Assembly (NCBI RefSeq): GCF_006345805.1
Contig: NC_043001.1
Span: forward strand, 45,074,001 to 45,138,000
From: Octopus sinensis
Lineage: Eukaryota
DNA: 64,000 nt
Direction: 5' to 3'
Positions within the stretch are counted from its first letter, which is position 1, and each line of letters begins with the position of its first letter. Made by a program: the position numbers and the translations under genes. Of this stretch, positions 1 to 13,545 are shown in pieces. Under the pieces are notes generated by a model that did no database searches, was not told the origin of the DNA, and saw only the letters and a program-made list of their open reading frames with translations.

Positions 1-1271
1 CATGTACCACCAGTGGTTCATTGCAAAACTTCACATAATTGCCAAATGCATTAACAATGATACATTTTCATAATTTGAGAAAATATTTAATTCCGTATAT
101 ATGACATGGTTTTAAGGATATTTAAATAACATGAGTGCTAAATATTGGTTTCAGATTTTGGCACAAGGCCAGCAGTTTTGGGGAGGGGTAAGTCAGTTAC
201 ATTGACTCTAGTGCTCAACAGGTACTTATTTTATCAAACCCAAAGGGATGAAAAGCAAAGCTGACATTGGCAGAATTTGAACTCAAAACCTAAAGACGGA
301 TGAAATGCCACTAAACATTTTACCCAATAGGCTGCCAATTCACTGTCTTTGAGTGCTAAATAAAGTTTAATTATGAAATATTGTAAAAATGCAAAAAAAT
401 TACATTTCCTTGTGATTTAACCATATGCAGTGTCACTGGTAGGTTTCAGTAACAGGCTGTAGCAATTAATATGTTAATAACACTTTGTTTCAGAGATCCA
501 GTAGTTTATTGGATAATGATATTACTACTATTATTTTACAGAAAGAAAGATTCTTAGTTGGAATTCAGTCTGGAATGATGTACATATATCTAGGAATACA
601 ACACCTGATAATGATTAGATATCAAACTGATTGAAATGCAGTCATCATCATCATTTAATGTCCATTTTCTATGCTGCATGGGTTGGATGGTTTGACTGAA
701 AGCTGGGGAGCTGCACCAGGTTCCAATCTGATTTGGCATGGTTTCTACAGCTGGATGCCCTTCCTAATGCCAACCACTCCAGGAGTGTAATGGGTGCTTA
801 TTACATGCCACAAAACACCAGCATTGGCCACAACTATGATCTTACTTGGCCTGACAGGTCTTATACACTAAAGATGATTCCAGAATATTATAATCTTGAT
901 AACAACTCACCCCAATGTGCTGTAGTTTAATGGACAATGGCATTACTACCTTTAGTTTAAAAATAAAGGTTCATGATTTGAATCTGGGATTTGAGATCCT
1001 TCTTCTCATCCCTATTTCAATATCTACTTTTCAATGTTTGACTGAGACAGAAGTCAACTTTGTTGCAGCAGATTTTTCTGCAGCCAGATGCTCTTCCTAT
1101 TACCTACCTGTTTCTAAGCAAGCTAATATAATCTATTGAACAACAAAGAACCTGGACATGCTTTTGCAGAGGACGTTGGCACCATTTGTATGAATGATGA
1201 CTTTTTGTTTATAATCAATGCACATGTCAAGACAAGGAAAATACACACACACACGCACGCACACACACATA

Positions 1272-1481
1272 CACACTCTTACTCTTACATGCTTCACTCA
1301 TTTGACTGTGTCCATGCTGGAGCACCGCCTTTAGTTGAGCAAATCAACCCCAGGACTTATTCTTTGTAAGCCTAGTACTTATTCTATCGGTGTCTATTGC
1401 TGAACCGCTAAGTTACAGGGACGTAAACACCAGCATCGGTTGTCAAGTGATGTTGGGGAGACAAACATAGACACAAAACAT

Positions 1482-1512
<31 letters not shown>

Positions 1513-1658
1513 CGATGGGCTTCTTTCAGTTTCTGTCTACCAAATCCACTCACAAGGCTATAGTAGAAGACACTTGCCCAAGGTGCCATGCATTGGGACT
1601 GAACCCGGAACCATGTCGTTGGCAAGCAAGCTACTTACCACACAACTACTCCTGCACC
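1272..1658 (-). mobile_element. SINE family B (tRNA head, CORE-like ggcaccttgggcaagtgtcttc domain, internal microsatellite, aagagta-type tail)
   Basis: Similar to 29130-29543 and 15952-16312. The CORE-like motif resembles MIR/octopus OR-type SINEs (recalled, not searched). Confidence 0.85.
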
Positions 1659-1714
1659 TATATATATATATATATATATATGCTTGTGAGTGTATTAATC
1701 AGACTGGAATTAGC

Positions 1715-2870
1715 TAATTTTGTATATGCTCTTGCAATGATATTCTTAACATGGATCTTTCCATGGCCCTTTGCAACAAAGCCAGTTGATGTTCTTTCTT
1801 TGTAGTAGTCTATGTCTCACTTTCATATAAGAGTGCTGGTAGGACAGGGTCTGGCATGTATGCTCTTGCCCAACTTTGCTTTGAGCACATCCTTTATTGA
1901 GGTAACTGCCTTCCATCCTGCCCTTATTCTCTTTTGAGATTTCAGCATCCTTGTTCAGCACATATTTACTGTGTTCCCTAAATAGATGTACTCCTTTACT
2001 TTCTGATTTCATTGTTGTTCACTTCTATTTGATCTTGTGTTACATTTTCAGACTGCATGTATTTTATTTTCATGTGTTTCATTTTATGCTTTACTGCTGA
2101 GCTATGGGTGTCCAGCTATGTCAGCATGGTCTACAGCTGATTTATGATTTCAGCGATAAATATGATGTTACCTGTGGATTGGAGGTATGTTAGTAACTTA
2201 CTGTTGATATTCATGCCACTTGTCCAGTTAATGTCTCTGATGACCATTTCTAGATATGTGGCGAAGAGCTTTCGAGAGATGGTCTCTCTTTGTTTGAAAC
2301 CCTTCACAATTGGAACTCTTACTAGTGGTGATAGTAGAGATATCAGTGGTGCATCCAGAGTTCACATCCCCAAGTGGTTTGGTGTATACTGCTTCAACAG
2401 TGTATTTCCATTTTGACACTGCTGACGCGTTTTTTTGTAGTTGACCAAAGCAATGCACATAGGCAGCTTGTTTTCTTTTGCTGAATCTATTAGCTGTGCT
2501 AGTGAATAAGTGATCCATCGTACTGTAGTTCTTAGGGAAACCTGCTTGCTCCCTTATCTACTGGTCATCTACATGTATTAATAGACCGGTGACTATGACT
2601 TTTGTAAACAGTTTATAGAGGGGAGAAATGGGGCATATGGGTGATAGTTTCTTAAATTTTCTTTATCACCCTTATGAAGCAAGATGGTAATTGACTCTTT
2701 CCACAGCAAGAGTATTTTATCCTCCTTCAGATAGCAATTGAATCATAGAATGAGCATTTTCCATAGCTCTTCCATGTACCTTACCATCTCTGTTGTTTTG
2801 CCATCTTTTCCTGAAGTTTTATCTGCTTTCATCAACACTGCTAGTGTTTGAACGGTGCTATCACCAAGAC
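1715..2870 (-). mobile_element. Decayed RTE-clade LINE, reverse transcriptase fragment
   Basis: Frameshift-tolerant translation gives WKESITILLHKGDKENLRNYHP, YKLFTK, EQAGF..YSTMDHLFT, EYIYLG, KRIRAGWKA, VLPALLYESET, QRAMERSML. These are ordered RTE RT motifs with stops and frameshifts. Confidence 0.88.
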
Positions 2871-2982
2871 CTCCTGCAGTATGCTTAACTGGTACTTATT
2901 AAAATAAGTACCCAGAAAGGATGAAAGACAAAGTCAACTTTGACAGCATTGGAACTCAGAATTTAAAAACAGACAAAATACC

Positions 2983-3215
2983 TATTTCTTTACTACCCAC
3001 AAGGGGCTAAACACAGAGGGGACAAACAAGGACAGACACACGGATTAAGTCGATTACATCGACCCCAGTGCGTAACTGGTACTTATTTAATCGACCCCGA
3101 AAGGATGAAAGGCAAAGTCGACCTCGGCGGAATTTGAACTCAGAACGTAACGGCAGACAAAATACCGCTAAGCATTTTGCCCAGCATGCTAACAATTCTA
3201 TCAGCTCACCACCTT
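2983..3215 (-). mobile_element. SINE family A (tRNA-like head, central gactttgcctttcatcctttcggggtcgataaa domain), well-preserved copy
   Basis: B-box GAGTTCAAATTCC. Nearly identical to 47302-47535. More than 25 diverged copies occur in the window. Confidence 0.88.
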
Positions 3216-4908
3216 AATAATAATAATAATAATTATTATTATTTTGATATGCACGCAAGGCCAGAAATTTGTGGAGTGAGAACAGTCAATGATAACTACA
3301 GTGCATGACTGGGGATACAAATATAAAGTACCAGTCATATACTAAGTTTGATATATAATTGACTGGCCCTACCCAACAAATTTCTGGTCTTATAATTATA
3401 AATAAAGGCAGGAGTGATGAATTGACAGAATCATTAGAGCATTAGACAAAATGCCATGTAGTATTCGTTCTGACTCTTTACATTGAGTTCAAATCCACTG
3501 AGGTTAGCTTTGCCTTTCACTCCTCTGGAGTAGAAAAATAAAAATATCAGCCAAATACTAGTAAATATAATTGACAAACCCTCTCCCCTCAAAATTAAGT
3601 TTGAATGCCACGGAGGTTGACTTTGCCTTCAATATCTTTGGGAATATCTTGGGAGTCAGCTTAATCTAGCTCATTTGTCCCCTCAAAATTTGAATCCCTA
3701 TGAACTGTTAGAAATAATTATTGGTACTGTAATGAAAAAATAGCATTGAAAGATGGATGAACAAGTCTGTGTGAAGTTCCAAATATAAAATATTTATTCA
3801 TTATTAGCAAAAATGACAGAAACGAAGATATTTAAGCCTAGTGAATCGGTCTGTGTTGTTTGTGAGAGGTGCCCACAGGGACAGTGGCTGTTGTCAAGTG
3901 GATTGAATTCCTTATTGTTGCATTTTATAGTTGAAGTTGAGTGTTATAAATTCCTGCAGCTATTGGTATTGGATGTCTTATAGCCATTGGCTAGTTAGTA
4001 AATAAACAAACCATGTAAAACTAATGTCTGTCAAAAGGTACCTAAGACAAAATTGCTGACATTTCAGTATGTTGTTTATCCACAAAAAGTGCTTGTTTAC
4101 AACACAGGAATTTAATGAGTTAAGCATCTGCTGAGTCTGTTGTTTTTGCTGGTCAGCTCAGCTATTAATAATAACAACTTTTTGTTTCTCATCTGCCAAC
4201 AATATAATTACAAGTGCTTTTATACATCATTAGTCCTCATGAGAGTTCTTTTTTCTGGGGTTAATAAAGTAAAGTACCAGTCAAGTACAAGGGTTAATTA
4301 AATTGATTACCCTTCTTGTCCAAAATGTAATAGCATTATGATTTATGTACGATAAAATGTTTTGCTTTATTTAGTCATATCTCTTCATCTTTTAAGTTCA
4401 AGTTACACTATGCTCAAAATATATTGCTGATTGAATTGATTATACCTCATTCTATAACTCTGTGGTTTTGTGCTAATTTAAGAAGGTGGAATTCAAATCC
4501 AGGCTGTTAGCATTGAAAGGTCAAGTGAAAAATACCAGGCAAGTACCGGAATGCTTTTAATCAACTGCATACCCCCCGCCTAAAGTTTTGGCTTTGTTCT
4601 CTGTTAGAAATCATTGGCAGAGTTGTTTGAACATTGAAAAAATACCTTACTGTATTTTTTCTGACTCTTTGCAGTCTGAGTTCAAATCCCACTGAAGTCA
4701 ACTTTGCTATTCATCCCACTGGAGTTGATAAAATAAAGTACCAATCAAGAACTGTGGTCAATGTAATAAACAAACCCTTCTCCTCAAAATAACATGCCTT
4801 GTTAGAACCATTGTTATTAAGAATGGAATGCCAATATCTTGGCTACACGCACACAAACAAATAACCAAAAATCAAACTCAAAAACAACCAATTCATTTTG
4901 ATGACAGA

Positions 4909-4914
4909 TTTATT
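4909..4914 (-). terminator. Candidate distal polyadenylation signal AATAAA
   Basis: AATAAA on the minus strand followed by GU-rich ttggttgtttttgagtttgatttttgg. SINE copies resume just beyond (below ~4800). Confidence 0.5.
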
Positions 4915-5498
4915 TTTTTTTATTCCATCAAAAATAAAAAAAACAGAGACCTACATGCAATTTCTCTTTGAAGTGGAGTAGGAGGCATTCATTGCGTGTC
5001 AAGTTCTGAAAAAGCATGAAACTGTAAGAGCGATAACAACTGGCTTTGGCAGATATAGCAGCAATAGATGCCAAAATAAACTGGATCTTCATATCTTCCA
5101 GCCTAAACATAACAGTTATAACTGGCATCACTAATTATCTCATGCAGATAACAGTTGCTAACCTAATAAGCATGATGTTATCATATCAATAAATAACCCA
5201 TCTTTGTTGATCAGCTTCAGGTTTTTGTTTGGCTTAGCAATTTATTTCCACAGAAGTCCAGATGATATAAAATATTATTATCATTTTCCTTCCTCTGCAA
5301 ATTTATTCAAACACTTTTCAAAGTCATATTGCAGAGTGGTGTAATATTTTTTTTTTCAGCTGTGGTTATTAAAAGACAACACTTTAAATAAAATCTTTCT
5401 CTTCGATTACTCTAAGAGAATATATCTTATTAAAATAAATAACTTTTTTTAATGTAAAAAAAAACCCAAAACAAAACAAAAAATAAAAAGAAGTTGTC

Positions 5499-5504
5499 TT
5501 TATT
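5499..5504 (-). terminator. Candidate proximal polyadenylation signal AATAAA
   Basis: AATAAA on the minus strand, followed ~15-50 nt downstream by a U/GU-rich tract (ttttttgttttgttttgggtttttt). Confidence 0.5.
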
Positions 5505-7519
5505 GGCTAATTAACTGTATCTGCACTGGTCAAATAATATACCATCTAAAATCATGCACTAACTTTATTTCCAAATTGCACATGCAAAAGTGCACATGAT
5601 TCTATGCATTGCGACATTATTACTCTATAAAATTGTGCTGCTTTATCGTCTTTCTGTAACTTTTACTGGTAAAAGAAGTACTTTGTTAGTTAAGGAAAAC
5701 TTTATTCCTGGGCCATGATTTACTTAACAGTGAAAAAGACTCAACTTGTGTGACATAATGTAAGCCTCACAGGAAATTCCCATTTTTACTTAGTTTAGTT
5801 TAAACACTTTAAAATTTTATAACAATAATAATAAAAACAATAATTAAAAAAAGAATAGTCATAACGAATGCCAAGTATGGCTAATTGAAAGGCTTTATAT
5901 AATTATTAAAAATATATATTTGTAAAGACTGAATTATTTAAAAAAGTGCTTAAAAATAATTTATGTTCTTGGAAGTGAGTCTGGGATTTGTTGTGTCTGA
6001 ATGTAATTATAGGGAGGAAAAAAATATGCCCTTGTTATGAACTTGATTTAAGGCTTAAAAAAATAAGGAAAGAAAATGAAATGTAGCCATGCATGTATAT
6101 ACAAATAAATATAAATAAGTTGGTGGCAAGATGGTACTGTAAGCCACAAATTCCTGTTTGTTCTAACCACAGCAAAGTCTATGACTATAAAATGTTCGCG
6201 TGGTGTTGTAACTTTGACAGCTTTTGCTTAATGTTATTAAAATGAATACCTTAGAAATTAAATAATATAAAAACAAGGTAAACCAGCAATGAAATGTTGA
6301 CGGGGAAAAATCTACATCCAGCATATAGACAATATAATATGATGTGTTGCCAATCTGCACTCACTATATGGACAACATCATATGTTGCTAATCTGTACCA
6401 GGAAATGTATAATATAATCGGATGTATGCTGTTAATCTACCTTGAGTATATGGACAACATAATGTGCTGTCAATGAAAGAACATTTCTTTTAGGTAGCAC
6501 AGGAGTACAAACATTGGTGAACTTTTGTACTGCAGTCAACAAGAGCCAGCTTGTGCTCAGCAAAGAGGTTCTAGAAGGAAAAATACAATAAAGTGACAAT
6601 AACAAAAACCAATGGTTAAGAACTACAAGTGGATTGTGGAGATGTTAGGTTTTTTTTTTTAAATAAAGAAGAAAACTATAGTTCTCATTCAACTGTTAAC
6701 AAACATTAATTAAACAGAACACTAGCTAAACAGTCTACAGGACTAATAAAAGAAATATGTATACAATGCTAAGTATACTAGATGATGATTTAAAAACAAA
6801 ATAGATATTGAAAATTGCCAAATTAAAACTAGTTCGGGGATTTTAATTTGGTTCATGAGAAAAATGGTTTCTTAAGGAGAATCAACAGTAAGAATACTGT
6901 GTACATGCGAAAACAAAATGAACTCTTCATTATTTAGAGTTTTACTATTTAAACCCATTTGACTATGCTAGCTTGAGCAGCATATTTTCTAGGAAGGGGA
7001 AAATAGTGCTTTTTTCCTCACTTTTTGATATTTGTACATTGTTAAATAAACTTAACAACTGAATCTCCTTCCCACTGTTAGTTACTTAATTGTGTAACTA
7101 AATATATGTTTACATCTGTGAGTGTGTGCTTTGTAAATATTTTTACTTATAGATAACTTATACACAAACACAAAAACATAAATACATAGAGACATACATA
7201 GGATAAAAATACTTGCCTTATTCATATTATTGTTATCATTATGAAAGAAATAGTGCAATATTGAAGCGGGGCGGATGTTGATTTCAAAAACATAGAACCA
7301 AAAGCTGTCAAAGTCATCTTTAAAATTTGTAGATCTAAAAATCTTAGCCAAACTACAAGAAAAATAACTAAAATAAAGTTTTGAAAAAATTAAAGAATAG
7401 TAACTGAGCATCTGGAATAAATCTCTGTAGAAATAAAATGGACTCGATGTATTTAATGTGTGTTAGCTAGAATGTCAGGTAGATAAGAGAAATACTATTG
7501 TATATGCATATATTTTGTA

Positions 7520-7555
<36 letters not shown>

Positions 7556-8485
7556 CACACACACATATATATGCATACATATATTAATATATTATTCAAA
7601 TATTAAGTTAAATGGAATTATATATCCAGTTCTTAAGGTTTTGCTCAAAGCCTTTGATAATGAAGTAATTTGAATAAAACCTTAAGTTCAGTTCAATAAC
7701 CCAATTTACAAATGAAACATACATATATGTGCACATACGTGTGAAATAGTATGGAGTGCACATACAGTGGCATACATATGCAATAGTATATATTTTAAGA
7801 AGTTTGAAGAATGTTCTGTCCTATGAAATAATATTTTATGAGAAATTAATGAATTATTATATATAAATGTTGAGCAGTGTAAAGTACAGCCAGTGAATTT
7901 TAAAAGAAACTGTTTTCCTAATTAACAAGTAGTTCTCTAGATTATTAAAAAAAATTATTAAAATAAATTAAATAAATAGATTTTGGCATATATGTAGTAT
8001 GGCTTCATAAATTCTGCATTTCTTTTTTTTCCATTTTCTATTTTTTTGTCTTGTTTTTGAATGGGGAGCTAGTCAGTTCTCTTCAATCTTTCATTGCTGG
8101 GATCCTGAAAGTAAAAGAATGAAAAAAAAAGATAAATTTTTTATGTTTTGGAGTACTGATCACATACCAAAGACAGTGCTGCTGTTATACAGACAAACAT
8201 CCGAAATAGAACCAAAAACAGAAAAAAAAAAAAAAAAGGCTAACTAGTTGTATGTCAAAGGTTCACTCATGAACAGTTACAAACATACTGTTTCTTTTCT
8301 GCTGCTGCTATAGTATAATTGAGCAGGACTATAGTCAAAGGCATTCCAGCTAACTCTTCTATCTTTTTATGAGTATCTAAGACTATATTATCCAATGTAC
8401 CATTCCTTTTTTTCTCTGTTGTTTTTAATAGGATAATGTAATTTGAGAGTGATGTGACTGCTGCTTCCAGCACTTAGTAACTGCA

Positions 8486-8838
8486 TTATTTAGTCCTAGG
8501 TCAGTTCTGATGAAGTTGGTCTTTGATGAAAGGCATTCCTGCTATGATTACTCCATCCTTTGTTTTACGACTAAATTATTCAATGTGTCTGTCCTTTTTA
8601 AGACAGTTTCATCTTGAAAAGTAGGTACAGCAACTACATAGAGATTCTTCATCGGTTTATGATTACTGAGATGATAGTTGGTGTTCAGTTTGAGCACATC
8701 TGTAAGTTGGCATCTGAAGGGAAAAACAAGGACAGGCACATTGAATAATTTAGTTGTAAAACAAAGGATGGAATAATCATAGAAGGAATGCCTTTCATCA
8801 AAGACCAACTTCATCAGAACTGACCTAGGACTAAATAA
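8486..8838. repeat. Long inverted repeat: arms 8486-8596 and 8728-8838, 131-nt spacer
   Basis: Direct reverse-complement comparison gives 107/111 identity. The arms are the 3' portion of a dispersed repeat (family E, other copies at ~20290, ~22880, ~28750, ~51400 and ~56520). Confidence 0.93.
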
Positions 8839-9070
8839 CAACTTCATCAGCCTGGATGGGTCATCTGACTAAATAGAAAAAGAATATGCTTTTGGGATGC
8901 ACTTGATGCTTCAAATTATAATAATCTATTTTTACTTAATTACAATTGATAACAAATTATAGTAATGTTGTGCACACATTAATAAGTGAACTAAACTATT
9001 ACCATCTACTGTATGGAACGTAACACAATTACAGGGTAGTATTGAGAAAGATAATTTAGAAGAGTATTGT

Positions 9071-9408
9071 AAAGGGTAAAGACCCCTTTCAGTCATGAAT
9101 GACCATCGGATTGCACCTAGAAAGTTACCCCCTGAGGCACAAGTCCAGGCAAGGTTGTTTATGGAAGACCAGCATTTGCCTATGCATACCAACCTCCCTC
9201 TCCATGCCACCTATGTTATCCAAAGGAAAGGCCGATACAGCTTGGCACCAGTGATGTCACAACTCATTTCTACAGTTGGGTGAACTGGAGCAACATGAAA
9301 TAAAGTGTCTTGCTCAAAGAACACAACTCACAGTCCTGTCCAGGAATCAAACTCAATACCTCATGATTATGAGCCTGATGCTCTAACCACTGAGCTATGT
9401 GCCTTCAC
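9071..9408 (-). mobile_element. tRNA-derived SINE family F
   Basis: A-box TAGCTCAGTGG, B-box-like GAGTTTGATTCC, then tgtgttctttgagcaagacactttatttc. Related heads at ~12559-12700, ~18555-18700 and ~54700-54840. Confidence 0.8.
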
Positions 9409-11182
9409 AGAAGAACATTGTACTGAGTGATTAAATAACAGGAGGTATTCAGTCTAGGGTATACTATGTGGCTGTTTCATTTTATAATTGTCTTAAAACT
9501 AGGCATTGCTTAGGAAGTCTTAGAAAACCAAAGCATATCTGGAGTTGACAATGTAGTTACTAATGACAAGACTTATTCCACACTAAATGATTTGATTCAA
9601 TGTTTAATGATTTGGGATTTCAATTTTGTTTCTCTTGCTCTGTTGAAAAAAATTATCATTACTGCTAATGATTTATTTTTTAATATTTATCTTCTGGCTA
9701 CCCTCACCCACCCTCACATAATACAGGGTAACCATGCATCTCCTCAAAAGCAAGACACCTATGCTTGTCCCACTACCATACTTTAATCTCCAACATCTTT
9801 CAAAAACATTCTCATTCAGTCAAGAGGGCTTTTTCTTTTTCTTTTCTTTACTCTGTCTTGAAAATTACTTGACAATCTCACTACTGCTAGTTGTCACAAA
9901 AAAAAGTTCCCAGTACAGTGTGAAGTAGTTGGCATTAAGAAGGGCATTCAGTTATAGAAACCATGTCAAAGATATCATTGAAGCCTGATGCAACTCTGTA
10001 GCTCGTCAGACTCCATCATACTGTCCAACCCATGGCAACATGGAAAACAGGCATCAAATGATCATGATGAAGATGATGACCTGTAATAATAGGAATAATT
10101 TTAATTAAGGAAATTTTTGTTTCACTACATTAAGTTAATTTCTGCTTAACCAAATAGTTTCACCATTTTTTTTCTTTTGCTGTATTTAAGAAAAATTACA
10201 ACTTGACTTTTTAAGACTTTAAATCACTTAGACTGAGGAGGTTATATTCAGATTTTGCTGTATTTACAATAAACTTCAATGTAGGGTTATTTAAACTTAT
10301 CAAACAATTTGTAAACCAATTTTTGAGATTATATTTCATAAACACAGGTGAATAAATGCATAGTAGTGAAGAGAAGTTACAACTTGACTTTTAAAAAAAT
10401 TTTAATTGCTTAGTTAGATGGAGGAGATTTATGTTCAGATCTGAGACTGGAACTGAAGGTACTATGCTAAAGAGACCCAAGGGCCAAGTAATGAATTATG
10501 TCAATCACTCCGCAACAGGAATCACCCCTTCAATGGACTTCCAAACAGTTACCATCTATCAAATTTCACTCAAAATACTTTGCTTCACTTGAAGCTGTAG
10601 TGCTGAGCAATAGGATTGAACCCAAAACCATGTTGATGTGGAGCAAACTTTTTTAAACATACTGCCATGCCTACCTCTGCAGTCTGAAGTCTTATTCATT
10701 GCTTTATCTCTTTATCTTTTCACAGCTGTTACGTTATTAATAATTAGCACATAAAACTTAAATTAGATCACATTAGCCTACTGTTAATGTCCAGAGACAC
10801 TATTTCATGTTGACAACATATGCTAATAACTAATTTGTTCATAGCCTGCCAGCTTTTTGTGATGTCATTAGCTGTTTGTCATTATTATTCAATGTCAGTT
10901 CAACTGGTTTTCATTCTGGCATTTGGTGAGAGGTAGACTGCCATGAATGATCCACAGAAATGGTGAAATTAAGTGAATGCCATCCACCAGTGTAAATGAT
11001 TATTTCATTGGCTGGTGCTTAATTAGCATGTGTTGTCAAGATGAAATAGTATCTCTCAACAAGCAGGTTAAGGCAATCTAAGAAGCACATCCAATTCATG
11101 TTGGGTGTACTAATTATTATTTGTTACAAACACTGCTACTGTTGTTAATATCTAATTTACATTATTATCATTATTATCATTA

Positions 11183-11395
11183 GGTGAGCTGGCAGAATTG
11201 TGAGCATGCCAGGCAAAATGCTTAGCGGTATTTTGTCTGTCTTAGTGTTCCAAGTTCAAATTCCACCGAGGTCAACTTTACCTTTCATCCTTTCAGGGTT
11301 GATAAATTAAGTTCTTATGAAATAACTGGGGTTGATGTAATTGACTAGTCCCCTCCCACCAAATTTCAGGCCTTGTACCTTTAGTAGAAAGGATT
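11183..11395 (+). mobile_element. SINE family A copy in the last intron
   Basis: Same head, B-box and central domain as 2983-3215, opposite orientation. Confidence 0.85.
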
Positions 11396-12027
11396 ATTGT
11401 TATTGTTGTCCTTGTTGTCAGTCACTGTCACCACCAGTCATGAATAACTGTACATAGCAATATACTTAAGTGGTGTTTTATGCAAGAATGGTATAGTGTA
11501 ATTGTGGAGAAGTCTAATAAAAAATTATTCAAAGTTAACTACAAGATCATTTTGCTGTTCACATATGAAAGAAGGATAGTGGAAAAGTAATAAAGGATGC
11601 TGGCTGAATGAAGAACAAAATAATCGTTTGCTAACATGCTTAATATAGTGAGCTAAGATATATTAATTCATCAAAATTAGACCTTGTAGTGATAAATATG
11701 GGGGGAAAAATCATCTTATTGCTTAATTCTAGTCATGAAAAGCATGGAAACACACACATATTTACTGGAAAAAATTTGTTTGCTGAATGTCTGTTTTTCC
11801 ATATGAGCTTATTAAAGCACTGTCTTGCAGCTGAATGCTCTTCTTGTCATTAATCCATACCTATTTTCAAATAAAGGATTTCTTATTCCACATGTTCGAT
11901 GCCTGGAAATGTTTTGTTGATAGGGGAAATTATAACAATGCCACTGCTTGTTGCTGAATAATTTTTGGAGAAGAGCAAATGTATCCAAACAGACACACAC
12001 ATGCACATATGTGTTTATATATATATA

Positions 12028-12192
12028 TGATGAGATTCTTTCAGTTTCCATCTACCAAATGTACTCTCAAGGCTATGATTGGCCTGGGCTATAGTGGCAG
12101 ATATTTGTCTAATGTGCCACACAGTGGGACTATATTTGAAATCATATGATTGGGAAGTTAACTTTTTTCAACACACATCCATGCCTATGCCT
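12028..12192 (-). mobile_element. SINE family B head fragment in the last intron
   Basis: Reverse complement aligns with 15952-16110 (roughly 70% by eye). Confidence 0.75.
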
Positions 12193-13545
12193 ATACAAAA
12201 GGTGCAGTCTATCAAACTAATTAATGGCAGATGTTCTTTAAATCCACTGCTTATACATAGATATATAACATGGTTTTAATAACTGATAGGCCAAGATTTC
12301 ATTTTTAGAGTTGGACTGCATTAAAGCAAGGCTAGAATATAGTCTTATATAGAAAATATTCATGTATTCTATGGAATTTTATGTAATTTCTATAAATAAG
12401 ACTACAAATTTAAGTTTCCATCTGAGAAACATACCCCAAAAATCTGGTCATGGCTATAAAAAGCAATTGAATACTTGATCAACAATATGGCTGATGGGAA
12501 AAAATAGAAATAATGTCTATTCACACACACCCACACACACACAAATAGTATGAATTATGAAGGCATGTGGCTTAGTGGTTAGGCTATTTGGTTCATGATC
12601 ATAAGGTTGGGAGTTCGATATCTGGTGGTGTGCTGTGTCCTTGAGCAAGACACTTTATTTTATGCTGCTCCAGTCCACTCAGCTGACAAAAATGATTAGT
12701 ACTTGTCTGTGGATTGCTCAGTCAATTGCACACTATCTTCTTGTGCAGGCTGTTCTTTAGATCAGATCAACTGAAACACTCATTGCTGTAGGTGACAGAG
12801 TCCCAGTTAATAAAGAGAAGGAATTGTAAAACAATCAACTGATTTTATCCAAGCAATTAAAACCAGTAAGGGAGATAATCCAATAATTTCATTCAACATT
12901 TTTGGACAATACAGCGGATCATGTCTCAACCGGTAAAAGCAAGGACATGTTTTAGTCTCATGAAACCTCATTAGTGAGTATATTCCACTTAGTTAGCAAT
13001 AAAATGTAATCATTATATGTATGCACACGCACACACACACACATATGGAATGTAGTATTGCTGATTATGAATATCAATAATATCAGAAAGGGAAAATACT
13101 TCAGGAGAGTTTATTATAATAATGAAATTATTGTATACAGTGCTCAGGTGCACCACAACAAAAGTAAATCGACCCCGGCGGAATTTGAACTCAGAACGTA
13201 AAGACATACGAAATACTACTAGGCATTTTGCCCGGTATGCTGACCATCCTGCCAGTTCGCCACTTACATACATTATACAAATATAGAAAGGCCTCACATG
13301 TGATATTGAGAGTTCATAATTTCTGATTATTTGAGTTTATCCAAGCAGTCAATAGGCAAAAAAATCGTTTGAGTGGTGTTTGAATTGTTTTTGAAAAAAA
13401 AAAAAAATAATGCAAGGCTAGCCAATCAATAATTTCCAAAAAAACATTTGATGGCTCTTTCTCACATCGTTTATGAAAAAAAGGTGAATGATGAGAAAAT
13501 ATATGCACAGTTTAAAAATTTGATGGAAAATAAATCAATACTTAC

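Larger units (their letters stand above)
4890..8104 (-). other. SORBS: Probable terminal exon: GA completing the T|GA stop, plus long 3' UTR
   Basis: Strong acceptor tcttttttttttcattcttttactttcag|GATC at 8105/8104. The following ~3.2 kb is AT-rich and has no recognisable SINE copies, unlike the flanks. The 3' end position is inferred from poly(A) signals. Confidence 0.7.

Noticed and set aside
5575-6899. miRNA seed matches in the 3' UTR (GTGCAAT near 5575, CAGTATT near 6893)
   Set aside because: Single 7-mers are expected by chance in 3 kb and cannot be supported without conservation data.
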